Source of the DNA: Candidatus Saccharimonadota bacterium
GTDB lineage: Bacteria > Pseudomonadota > Gammaproteobacteria > Enterobacterales > Enterobacteriaceae_A
Direction of reading: 5' to 3'
Assembly: GCA_030849285.1 (NCBI GenBank)
Contig: CP102982.1
Location: forward strand, 193,731 to 225,730
DNA: 32,000 nt
Part shown: in pieces, positions 19,053 to 27,816 of the stretch
Position numbering within the stretch: position 1 is the first letter of the stretch
Layout of the letters: each line of letters starts with the position of its first letter
Program-made: the position numbers and the translations under genes
Notes under the pieces: generated by a model
What the model was told of the DNA's origin: nothing
Database searches by the model: none
What the model saw: only the letters and a program-made list of their open reading frames with translations

Positions 19053-20015
19053 TTGACAGTAGCAATAATAATAACTGCACATGGATCTATTTCTAAACAA
19101 CTACTAATAACAACTGAAATGTTAATAGGTAAACAAAAAAATGTTGCATGTGTTGATTTTTTAACTGGAGATAATACTGATAACTTATATTTAAAATATA
19201 AAAAAATAATAAATTCTTTAAATATTAAAAAGGGAATTATTTTTTTAGTAGATATTTGGGGTGGTAGTCCATTTAATGTTTCTAGTCGTATTGTAATTAA
19301 AAAAAATAATGCTGAAATTATTTCTGGTGTTAATATACCTATGTTAATAGAATTATTTATGATTAGAAATGATAATGTAACATTTAATAAATTAATTTCA
19401 GTAGCTTTTAATTATGGACAAAGGGGAATAAAATTATTTAAAAATAAAAATATTAAAGAAAATAAACAAAATAATTTAAATAAAATTAAAAATAATAATA
19501 ATAAAAATAATAATACTCATATGAAAATAATATTAGCTAGAATTGATGATAGATTAATTCATGGACAAATTGTAACTAGATGGGTTAAAGAAATAAATAT
19601 TAATAGAATTATTGTAATAAGTGATGAAGTAAATAATGATAATATTAGAAAAACTTTATTAACACAAATTTCTCCTCCAGGTATTACTTCACATGTTGTA
19701 GGAATTGACAAAGCAGTACGTGTTTGGAATAACCCAAAATATTCTAATGATAATGTAATGTTGCTTTTTACTAATCCTATTGATGTTTTAAAAGTTATTA
19801 AAATGGGAGTAATTATTAAATCAATAAATATTGGTGGTATGTCATATAAAAAAGGTAAAATTCAAATAAATAATATAATTTCTGTAGATAAAGAAGATAT
19901 TAAAGCATTTAAAAAATTAAATAGTTTAGGTATTGAACTAGAAGTTCGTAAAATATCTAATGATAATAAAATTAATATTATGGATTTAATAAATACTATA
20001 AAATATAAAATATAA
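19053..20015 (+). CDS. manX: PTS mannose-family EIIAB component
   Basis: 320 aa with a TTG start 7 nt after AAGGA. IIITAHGS (EIIA His), DIWGGSPFN, ARIDDRLIHGQIVTRW (EIIB His), LLFTNP, IELEVRK. Collinear with E. coli ManX. Confidence 0.95.
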   Translation: MTVAIIITAHGSISKQLLITTEMLIGKQKNVACVDFLTGDNTDNLYLKYKKIINSLNIKKGIIFLVDIWGGSPFNVSSRIVIKKNNAEIISGVNIPMLIELFMIRNDNVTFNKLISVAFNYGQRGIKLFKNKNIKENKQNNLNKIKNNNNKNNNTHMKIILARIDDRLIHGQIVTRWVKEININRIIVISDEVNNDNIRKTLLTQISPPGITSHVVGIDKAVRVWNNPKYSNDNVMLLFTNPIDVLKVIKMGVIIKSINIGGMSYKKGKIQINNIISVDKEDIKAFKKLNSLGIELEVRKISNDNKINIMDLINTIKYKI

Positions 20016-20046
20016 TAAATTTTAATTATTATATATTAGGAAATAT

Positions 20047-20847
20047 ATGAAAATAAATACATTACAAATTTGTTTTATTTTTTTAGTATCATTGATTGTA
20101 GGAATAGGTTCTGTATTAGATGAATTTCAGTTTCATAGACCATTAATTGCATGTACATTAATTGGGTATATATTGGGTGATATTAAAACAGGTTTTATTA
20201 TTGGTGGTACTTTAGAAATGATATCATTAGGATGGATGAATGTTGGTGCCGCTATTGCTCCTGATGCAGCATTAGCATCTATTATATCTACTATTTTAGT
20301 AATTGGAGGAGGTCAAAAAATTGGATCTGGTATAGCATTAGCAATACCATTAGCAGCAATTGGTCAAATCCTTACTATTATTTTTCGTACTTTAACTATA
20401 TTAATTCAACATACAGCAGATAATTTTGCAAAAAAAAATAATTTAAAATTAATAAGTTTTATTCATATTTTAGCTTTAATTATACAAGCAATGAGAATTG
20501 CAATACCATCTTTAATTTTTATTTTTTCAATTAAATCGCCTAGTATTAATAATATTTTAAATTCAATACCAGAAAATATTACAACTGGTTTAAATATTTC
20601 AGGAGGATTTATTGTTGTTGTAGGTTATGCTATGGTAATTAATATGATGAAAGCAAAATATTTAATGCCATTTTTTTATGCAGGTTTTGTTATATCTGCA
20701 TTTACTAATTTTAATTTAGTTGCTTTAGGAATATTAGGTACTGTAATGGCTATTATATATATACAATTAAATCCTAAATATTATAAAAATAAATATTTTA
20801 AATATAATAATATAAAAAATAATAATATTGATAATGAATTAGATTAA
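20047..20847 (+). CDS. manY: PTS mannose-family EIIC component
   Basis: 266 aa. GSVLDEFQFHRPLIACTLIG, GGTLEMISLGWMNVGAAIAPDAALASIISTILVI, and C-terminal DNELD as in E. coli ManY. Confidence 0.93.
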   Translation: MKINTLQICFIFLVSLIVGIGSVLDEFQFHRPLIACTLIGYILGDIKTGFIIGGTLEMISLGWMNVGAAIAPDAALASIISTILVIGGGQKIGSGIALAIPLAAIGQILTIIFRTLTILIQHTADNFAKKNNLKLISFIHILALIIQAMRIAIPSLIFIFSIKSPSINNILNSIPENITTGLNISGGFIVVVGYAMVINMMKAKYLMPFFYAGFVISAFTNFNLVALGILGTVMAIIYIQLNPKYYKNKYFKYNNIKNNNIDNELD

Positions 20848-20863
20848 GGATTATAATATATAT

Positions 20864-21688
20864 ATGAAAAAAAAACTTACTTTTATAGATATTAATAAAG
20901 TTATTTTACGTTCTAATTTATTTCAAGGTTCTTGGAATTTTGAACGTATGCAAGCTTTAGGGTTTTGTTTTTCAATAATCCCCGCTATACGTAGATTATA
21001 TCCAAAAAAAACAGAAGATAGAAAAAAAGCAATACAAAGGCATCTTGAATTTTTTAATACTCATCCTTATGTTGCTGCTCCAATTATTGGTGTTGTATTA
21101 GCTTTAGAAGAACAAAAAGCAAATGGTGTTAGTATTAGTGATTCAACTATTAATAATATTAAAATTGGTTTAATGGGACCATTTGCTGGAGTTGGAGATC
21201 CAATTTTTTGGGGTACTATCCGCCCAATTTTATCTGCATTAGGAGCTGGAATAGCAATGGATGGTAGTTTATTAGGTCCTATTATATTTTTTGTATCATT
21301 TAATATAATTAGATTAACAATTCGTTATTTAGGTGTTATTTATGGATATAAAAAGGGTATAAATATTATAAAAGATATAAGTGATGGAGTATTACAAAAA
21401 ATAACTGAAGGTGCATCTATTTTAGGTTTATTTGTGATGGGGGCATTAGTAAGTAAATGGACACATATTAATATTCCAGTTATAATATATAAAGTTAATG
21501 ATATTTATGGTAATAATAAAATTACAACAATACAAAATATTTTAGATCAATTAATGCCAGGTTTAATTCCATTATTATTAACATTTTTATGTATGTGGTT
21601 TTTAAAAAAAATAAATGCACTTTGGATAATATTAATATTTTTTGTAATTGGTATAATAGGTTATAAATTTGGTTTTTTAAGTTTATAA
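20864..21688 (+). CDS. manZ: PTS mannose-family EIID component
   Basis: 274 aa. LRSNLFQGSWNFERMQALGFCFS, HLEFFNTHPYVAAPIIG, GVGDPIFWGTIRP, LTEGASILGLFVMGALVSKWTH. Near-identical blocks to E. coli ManZ. Confidence 0.93.
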   Translation: MKKKLTFIDINKVILRSNLFQGSWNFERMQALGFCFSIIPAIRRLYPKKTEDRKKAIQRHLEFFNTHPYVAAPIIGVVLALEEQKANGVSISDSTINNIKIGLMGPFAGVGDPIFWGTIRPILSALGAGIAMDGSLLGPIIFFVSFNIIRLTIRYLGVIYGYKKGINIIKDISDGVLQKITEGASILGLFVMGALVSKWTHINIPVIIYKVNDIYGNNKITTIQNILDQLMPGLIPLLLTFLCMWFLKKINALWIILIFFVIGIIGYKFGFLSL

Positions 21689-21801
21689 AATTTATATATA
21701 TATAATTTTAAATAATTTTGAAATATATTTATATTATAATTAATAAAAATAAATTTGATTTTATATTATATAAACATTAATAATTTTATTATAAGGTAAT
21801 T

Positions 21802-22761
21802 ATGATAAATAATAAACATAGTAAATTATTAATTATTGGTTCTGGGCCAGCAGGTTATACAGCTGCAATATATGGAGCCCGAGCTAATCTTAAACCATTA
21901 TTAATTACTGGTTTAGAAAAGGGTGGGCAATTAATAAAAACAGATACAATTGAAAATTGGCCTGGTGAAATTAAAAAAATAACAGGTCAAATTTTAATGA
22001 ATCGTATGAATAAACATGCTAAAAAATTTGATACTAATATTATTTTTGATTTTATTAAAAGTACTAATTTTAAAAAAAAACCCTTTTTTTTAGTTGGTGA
22101 AAAAAATACATATACTTGTGATTCTTTAATTATAGCAACTGGAGCAACAGCTAAATATTTAGAAATTGAATCTGAAAATTTTTACAAAGGTAGGGGGGTA
22201 TCTACTTGTGCGATATGTGATGGTTTTATATATAAAAATAAAAAAGTTGCTGTTATAGGTGGTGGAAATAATGCAATAGAGGAAACATTATATTTATCTA
22301 ATATTGCTAAAGAAGTTCATTTAATACATAGAAATAAAAAATTTAAGGCTGAAAAAATTTTAATTAATAGATTAAAAAATAAAATTAAAAAAAAAAATAA
22401 AAATATTTTTATACATACTAATTATATTGTAAAAAAAATTAATGGTAATAAAAAAGTAGTAACTGATATAAATATTGAAAATGTTATTAATTTAAATTAT
22501 AAAAAAAATATTTTAATAGATGGTATTTTTATTGCAATAGGTTATAAACCTAATACTGATATTTTTAATGGTCAATTAAATTTAATAAATGGTTTTATAA
22601 AAGTTAAAAATAAGGAATTTAATAGAACACAAACTAATATTAATGGAATTTTTGCAGCAGGTGATGTTATGGATAATGTTTATCGTCAAGCAATTACTTC
22701 AGCTGCAACAGGATGTATGGCAGCATTAGATGCTGAACGTTATCTTGAAAAAATTTTTTAA
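21802..22761 (+). CDS. trxB: thioredoxin reductase
   Basis: 319 aa. [20 protein letters not shown], redox motif CAICDG (E. coli CATCDG), [15 protein letters not shown]...[22 protein letters not shown]. Confidence 0.95.
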   Translation: MINNKHSKLLIIGSGPAGYTAAIYGARANLKPLLITGLEKGGQLIKTDTIENWPGEIKKITGQILMNRMNKHAKKFDTNIIFDFIKSTNFKKKPFFLVGEKNTYTCDSLIIATGATAKYLEIESENFYKGRGVSTCAICDGFIYKNKKVAVIGGGNNAIEETLYLSNIAKEVHLIHRNKKFKAEKILINRLKNKIKKKNKNIFIHTNYIVKKINGNKKVVTDINIENVINLNYKKNILIDGIFIAIGYKPNTDIFNGQLNLINGFIKVKNKEFNRTQTNINGIFAAGDVMDNVYRQAITSAATGCMAALDAERYLEKIF

Positions 22762-22808
22762 CATTTATTTTAATTTTATTTTTATATATAAAATAATGGA
22801 GATAAATT

Positions 22809-23349
22809 ATTAAAGTTATTAAAAAACAAAATATATATTATAATAAAAAGAGAGAAATTAAATTAACAAAAATAAGATTAAATAATGAAAATGGTAAATT
22901 TATTGGAATATTTAGTTTAAATGAGGCACTTTTAAAATCAAAAAAATTAAATCTTGATTTAGTTGAAATTAATTCTAATATTACCCCACCTATTTTTAAA
23001 TTAATGAATTATGGAAAATTTTTATATAAAAAAAATAGATTAATAAAAAAAAAAAAAAAAAAATAAAATATTACAAATTAAAGAAATTAAATTTAGATCA
23101 GTAACAAATATTAATGATTATAATATTAAAATAAAAAAAATTATTAAATTTTTAAAAAATAAAAATAAAATTAAAATAACAATTAAATTTAAAGGACGAG
23201 AAATAATTCATAAAAATTTAGGTATAAATATTTTAGAACGTATTCAAAAAAATATTTGTGAAAATTTAAAAATTGCTAATATTGAGTTATTTTCAAAAAA
23301 AATAGAAAATCAACAATTATTAATGATTCTTACACCAAATATTAATTAA
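22809..23349 (+). CDS. infC: translation initiation factor IF-3; non-ATG (ATT) start; reading frame interrupted in an A19 tract
   Basis: Not in the ORF track because it is split. My translation from the ATT at 22809 gives IKVIKKQNIYYNKKREIKLTKIRLNNENGKFIGIFSLNEALLKSKKLNLDLVEINSNITPPIFKLMNYGKFLYKKNRLIKKKKKK*. The +1 frame continues (N)KILQIKEIKFRSVTNINDYNIKIKKIIKFLKNKNKIKITIKFKGREIIHKNLGINILERIQ...LLMILTPNIN*. Both halves are collinear with E. coli IF3 (..[41 protein letters not shown].. / ..[42 protein letters not shown]..). It is followed by rpmI-rplT as in E. coli. Confidence 0.85.
23045..23063 (+). repeat. A19 homopolymer at the infC frame break
   Basis: Direct count of consecutive A residues 23045..23063. 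Confidence 0.95.
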
Positions 23350-23390
23350 TTTTAAAATAATTTATTTTTAAAGGTTATATTTTATTTAAA

Positions 23391-23597
23391 ATGTTAAAAA
23401 TAAAAACTATTAAAAGTGCTTATAAACGATTTATTATAAAAAAAAATAATTTTAAAAGAAAACATTCTAATTTAAGACATATTCTTACAAAAAAAACCTC
23501 AAAAAGAAAACGACATTTACGCTCTAAAAGTATAATTTCAAAAAAAGATTTACCATTAATAAAATCTTGTTTACCTTATTTTTTAAAATTTAAATAA
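23391..23597 (+). CDS. rpmI: 50S ribosomal protein L35
   Basis: 68 aa. [12 protein letters not shown]...[20 protein letters not shown] matches E. coli L35 ([32 protein letters not shown]). Confidence 0.9.
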   Translation: MLKIKTIKSAYKRFIIKKNNFKRKHSNLRHILTKKTSKRKRHLRSKSIISKKDLPLIKSCLPYFLKFK

Positions 23598-23612
23598 TTT
23601 AAAGGAAATTTT

Positions 23613-23963
23613 ATGACTCATATTAAAAGAGGTGTTACAGCACATAATCGACATAAAAAATATATTAAGCAAGCTAAAGGTTATTATGGAGCTAGATCTA
23701 GAGTTTATAGAGTTGTTTATCAAGCAATAATTAAAGCACAACAATATTCATATCGTGATAGAAAACAACGTAAACGTACATTTAGAAAATTATGGATTAC
23801 AAGAATTAATGCAGCAGTTTGTGAACAAAATTTATCTTATAATAAATTTATAAATGGTTTAAAAAAATTATCAATAAATATTAATCGAAAAATACTTTCT
23901 GATATTGCAATTTTTGATAAAAAAACTTTTATTTTTTTAATTAATAAAGTTAAAAATATTTAA
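23613..23963 (+). CDS. rplT: 50S ribosomal protein L20
   Basis: 116 aa. [30 protein letters not shown]...[22 protein letters not shown]...[11 protein letters not shown] is highly similar to E. coli L20. An AAAGGA Shine-Dalgarno is present. Confidence 0.95.
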   Translation: MTHIKRGVTAHNRHKKYIKQAKGYYGARSRVYRVVYQAIIKAQQYSYRDRKQRKRTFRKLWITRINAAVCEQNLSYNKFINGLKKLSININRKILSDIAIFDKKTFIFLINKVKNI

Positions 23964-24083
23964 TAAATTATATATAATTTTTAACATAATTTATTTAAAT
24001 AATTACAGTTTGTTAAAGCTTACTGGTAAAAATTTTATACATTTTAAATAATTATTATAATTAAAATTAAATTTTATTTAAAT

Positions 24084-24157
24084 ATCGGCGAGAGAGGATT
24101 TGAACCCCTGACCCACTGGTCCCAAACCAGTTGCGCTACCAAGCTGCGCTACTCACC
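24084..24157 (-). tRNA. tRNA-Pro (anticodon TGG), no encoded CCA
   Basis: Minus-strand fold: cggtgag/ta/gcgc-agcttggta-gcgc/a/actgg-ttTGGga-ccagt/gggtc/agggg-ttcaaat-cctct/ctcgccg/a. Very close to E. coli proM. Confidence 0.9.
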
Positions 24158-24185
24158 GTTTTAATAAATTATTTAAAAGATATAA

Positions 24186-24259
24186 GGTGACTAATGGGAA
24201 TTGAACCCATGCCAACTGGAACCACAATCCAGAACTCTACCAACTGAGTTATAGTCACC
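24186..24259 (-). tRNA. tRNA-His (anticodon GTG) with genome-encoded G-1, no encoded CCA
   Basis: Minus-strand fold: g(-1)/gtgacta/ta/actc-agttggta-gagt/t/ctgga-ttGTGgt-tccag/ttggc/atggg-ttcaatt-cccat/tagtcac/c. The extra 5' G opposite the discriminator C is the bacterial tRNA-His hallmark. Confidence 0.9.
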
Positions 24260-24375
24260 ATATTTAAAAAAATATTAATTTATAAATTTAATATTATTTA
24301 GATTTAATATTTAATTTTTAATTTTTAATATTTTATTGTTTTTAAAAAAATATTTAAAATTTTAAAAATAATTAA

Positions 24376-25788
24376 TTATTTTTTTGGTATAATATCAGTA
24401 ATAACACCTAAATAAAGTTCAGCAGCTAATTTTATAGATTCATTTAAAGTAGGATGTGCATGAATTGTTAAAGCAATATCTTCAACATCACAACACATTT
24501 CTATTGCTAAACAAATTTCTCCTAATAATTCTCCTCCATGTGTTCCTACAATTGCCCCTCCAATTATTTTATTTGTTTTATTTTCAAAAATTAATTTAGT
24601 TACACCTTTTTCACATTCTAAAATAATTGCACGACCAGATGCAGACCAAGGGAAAATAGAAATTTTATAATTTATATTATTTTTAATTGCTATTTTTTCA
24701 GTTACCCCAACCCAAGCTAACTCAGGATCAGTATAAGCTATTGATGGTATATTTTTTTTTTCAAAAATACTATAGTTATTACCAAAAATAACATTAGCAG
24801 CTATATGACCTTCATATATACCCTTATGTGCTAACATTGGTTGACCTGTTATATCTCCTATTGCAAAAATATTATTTATATTAGTTCTTAATTGATTATC
24901 AGTTAATATAAATCCTTTATTATTTATTTTAATTCCAATTTTTTTAATATTTATATTATTTATATTAGGTTTACGTCCAATTGCAACTAATATTTTATTA
25001 TAAATTTTATTTTCTAAAAAATTTTTATGTTTTATTTCAACATATGCAAAATTATTTCTAATTTTTATTTTATTTATAAAAGTATTTAACATTATATTTA
25101 TTTTTTTTTTCATAATTTTATATAAAATTCTTGAAATATCTATATCAGCTTCAGGTATTATTTGATTATTTATTTCAATTATATCTACTTCAGAGCCTAA
25201 TGAATTATATATATAACTCATTTCTAAACCAATTATTCCTCCACCTATAATTAATAATTTTTTTGGTATTTCAGTTAATTGTAAAGCATCATTTGAATTC
25301 CAAATAACTGAAGATTTTTCTTTTAAAAAGGGTAATTTAATTGGTCTTGATCCAGTTGCTATAATAGCAAAGTTAAATATTAATTCTATTTTTTTTAAAT
25401 TATTTTCAATTATTAATGAATTAATATTTTTAAATTTAGCAATACCATTAATTATTTTAATTTTTCTAAATTTTGATAAATTTAAAATTCCTGTATTAAT
25501 TTTATTAATTATATTATTTTTATATTCTCTAATTTTATTAATATTTTTTTTAAAATTACATAATATAATATTTTTATTAATTAAAATTTTAATTTCTTCA
25601 ATAATTTTAGAAATATATAATAAATATTTTGATGGTATACATCCAACATTTAAACAAACACCACCTAATTTTTTATAACGTTCTATTAAAATAGTTTTTA
25701 ATCCTAAATCAGCACATCGAAATGCTGATGAATAACCTGATGGACCAGAACCTATTACTACAACTTGGGTTTTAATTAAATTATTCAT
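24376..25788 (-). CDS. lpdA: dihydrolipoyl dehydrogenase (E3)
   Basis: 470 aa. VVVIGSGPSGYSSAFR, redox disulfide GGVCLNVGCIPSK, second dinucleotide fold IIGGGIIGLEM, FAIGDI, and C-terminal HAHPTLNE. Confidence 0.95.
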   Translation of the reverse strand: MNNLIKTQVVVIGSGPSGYSSAFRCADLGLKTILIERYKKLGGVCLNVGCIPSKYLLYISKIIEEIKILINKNIILCNFKKNINKIREYKNNIINKINTGILNLSKFRKIKIINGIAKFKNINSLIIENNLKKIELIFNFAIIATGSRPIKLPFLKEKSSVIWNSNDALQLTEIPKKLLIIGGGIIGLEMSYIYNSLGSEVDIIEINNQIIPEADIDISRILYKIMKKKINIMLNTFINKIKIRNNFAYVEIKHKNFLENKIYNKILVAIGRKPNINNINIKKIGIKINNKGFILTDNQLRTNINNIFAIGDITGQPMLAHKGIYEGHIAANVIFGNNYSIFEKKNIPSIAYTDPELAWVGVTEKIAIKNNINYKISIFPWSASGRAIILECEKGVTKLIFENKTNKIIGGAIVGTHGGELLGEICLAIEMCCDVEDIALTIHAHPTLNESIKLAAELYLGVITDIIPKK

Positions 25789-25978
25789 TATTATTATCTC
25801 TAATTTTATTATATTTAAATTTTATATATTAATTTAATTTATTTAAAATATTTATAAATTAATTATAATTATAAAAATAAATTTAAAATAAGTTATATTA
25901 TTATAAGTATTTATAAATTTAATAAAAGTTATAACTATTATATAAATATAAAGAATAAATATATAAATTGGATATAAT

Positions 25979-27799
25979 ATGAATAAAAAAATAAGAAATA
26001 TAGCTATTATTGCTCATATTGATCATGGTAAAACAACTTTAGTAGATAAATTATTACAACATTCTGGAATAATTAAAAATAATATTTATAATAAAAGAAT
26101 AATGGATTATAATGAATTAGAAAAAGAAAGGGGTATTACTATTTTTTCAAAAAATACTTCTATTATATGGAATGGGTATCGTATAAATATTATTGATACT
26201 CCTGGACATTCTGATTTTGGTGGTGAAGTTGAACGTATTATGTCAATGGTTGATGGAGCTATTTTAATTGTTGATGCTTTAGAAGGTCCTATGCCCCAAA
26301 CGCGATTTGTAACACAAAAAGCATTTTCTAATAATTTAAAAATAATTCTTGTAATTAATAAAATTGATAGATCTGGAGCTCGTCCAGATTGGGTATTAGA
26401 TAAAACCTTTGATTTATTTGTTAATTTAAATGCTAATGATGATCAACTTAATTTTCCTATTATTTATACATCAGCTATTAATGGAATTTCAGGTTTTGAT
26501 TATAAAAATATGAAAAATAATATGACACCATTATTAGAAACAATTATAAATAATATATTACCCCCTAAAAATAATATTAACAAAAAATTATGTATGCAAA
26601 TTTCACAATTAGAATATAATAATTACTTAGGTACTATTGGTATAGGAAGAATTAAAAGTGGTAAATTATATAATAATCAACAAGTTATTATTATTAATAA
26701 AAAAAAAAAGGTAAGAAATGCAAATATTTGTAAAATAATTAGTTATTTAGGTTTAAAACGTATTGAAATAAAAAATGCATACGCTGGAGATATTGTTGCG
26801 GTTACTGGTTTAGGAGAATTAAATATTTCAGATACTATATGTGATATTGATAATTTTAAACCATTACCTCCACTTTTAATAGAAGATCCAACTATAACTA
26901 TGTTTTTTCATGTTAATGATTCACCTTTTAGTGGACGTGAAGGAAAAATTATTACTTCTAGAAAAATTTTTAAAAGATTAAAAAGAGAAATTTTAACTAA
27001 TATATCTTTAAAAATAGAGGAAACTAAAAATACTAATATTTTTAAAGTTTCTGGAAGAGGTGAACTTCATTTATCAATTTTAATTGAAAATATGAGAAGA
27101 GAAGGTTTTGAATTATCTGTATCTAGACCTAAAGTTATTACTAAAAAAATTAATAATATTATTAAAGAACCATTTGAAAATTTATTATTAGATATTAAAA
27201 AAAAATATCAAGGAATAATTATTAAATCTTTAGGAAAAAGAAAAGGAATTTTAAAAAATATTACTTCTTATAATAAAGAACAAATTAGATTAGAATATAT
27301 AATATCATCTCGTAATTTAATAGGATTTAGATCTGACTTTACAACAATAACAAATGGTTCTGGATTAATATATTCTGCCTTTAGTCATTATGATGACATT
27401 TGTAATATTGAAATTAATAAAAGATCTAATGGTGTATTAATATCTAATAATAATGGTAAAGCAGTTTCATTTGCTTTATTTAATTTACAAAATAGAGGAA
27501 AATTATTTATAAAACATGGAGAAGGGATATATGAAGGACAAATAATTGGTGTAAATTCACGTTCTAATGATTTAACTGTAAATTGTATTACTGGAAAAAA
27601 ATTAACAAATATGAGAGCATCTGGTTCAGATGAAGCAATTACATTAATTACACCTATTAATATTACTTTAGAAAAAGCAATACAATTTATTGAAGATGAT
27701 GAATTAATTGAAATTACTCCCAAATCTATTCGTTTACGTAAAAAATATTTAAAAGAAAATGAAAGAAAACGTTTTAATCGAAAATTTATTAAAAAATAA
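25979..27799 (+). CDS. typA: ribosome-associated translational GTPase BipA/TypA
   Basis: 606 aa. IRNIAIIAHIDHGKTTLVDKLL, DTPGHSDFGGEVER, NKIDR, and an EF-G-like domain order. Collinear with E. coli BipA. Confidence 0.95.
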   Translation: MNKKIRNIAIIAHIDHGKTTLVDKLLQHSGIIKNNIYNKRIMDYNELEKERGITIFSKNTSIIWNGYRINIIDTPGHSDFGGEVERIMSMVDGAILIVDALEGPMPQTRFVTQKAFSNNLKIILVINKIDRSGARPDWVLDKTFDLFVNLNANDDQLNFPIIYTSAINGISGFDYKNMKNNMTPLLETIINNILPPKNNINKKLCMQISQLEYNNYLGTIGIGRIKSGKLYNNQQVIIINKKKKVRNANICKIISYLGLKRIEIKNAYAGDIVAVTGLGELNISDTICDIDNFKPLPPLLIEDPTITMFFHVNDSPFSGREGKIITSRKIFKRLKREILTNISLKIEETKNTNIFKVSGRGELHLSILIENMRREGFELSVSRPKVITKKINNIIKEPFENLLLDIKKKYQGIIIKSLGKRKGILKNITSYNKEQIRLEYIISSRNLIGFRSDFTTITNGSGLIYSAFSHYDDICNIEINKRSNGVLISNNNGKAVSFALFNLQNRGKLFIKHGEGIYEGQIIGVNSRSNDLTVNCITGKKLTNMRASGSDEAITLITPINITLEKAIQFIEDDELIEITPKSIRLRKKYLKENERKRFNRKFIKK

Positions 27800-27816
27800 A
27801 TTTAATATAATTAAAA

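Noticed and set aside
24003-24029. A slightly GC-richer patch after rplT forming an imperfect hairpin (ttacagt / actGgtaa, 12-nt loop containing AAGCTT); considered as a terminator, pheM-leader remnant or tRNA fossil
   Set aside because: The stem is only 7 bp with a bulge, the loop is large, and no adjacent U-run follows on either strand. There is no cloverleaf. The evidence is too weak to call a feature.
27388-27723. 111-aa ORF antisense to typA
   Set aside because: It occupies a relatively GC-richer, highly conserved part of typA where antisense frames stay open by chance. There are no motifs and no independent start signals.
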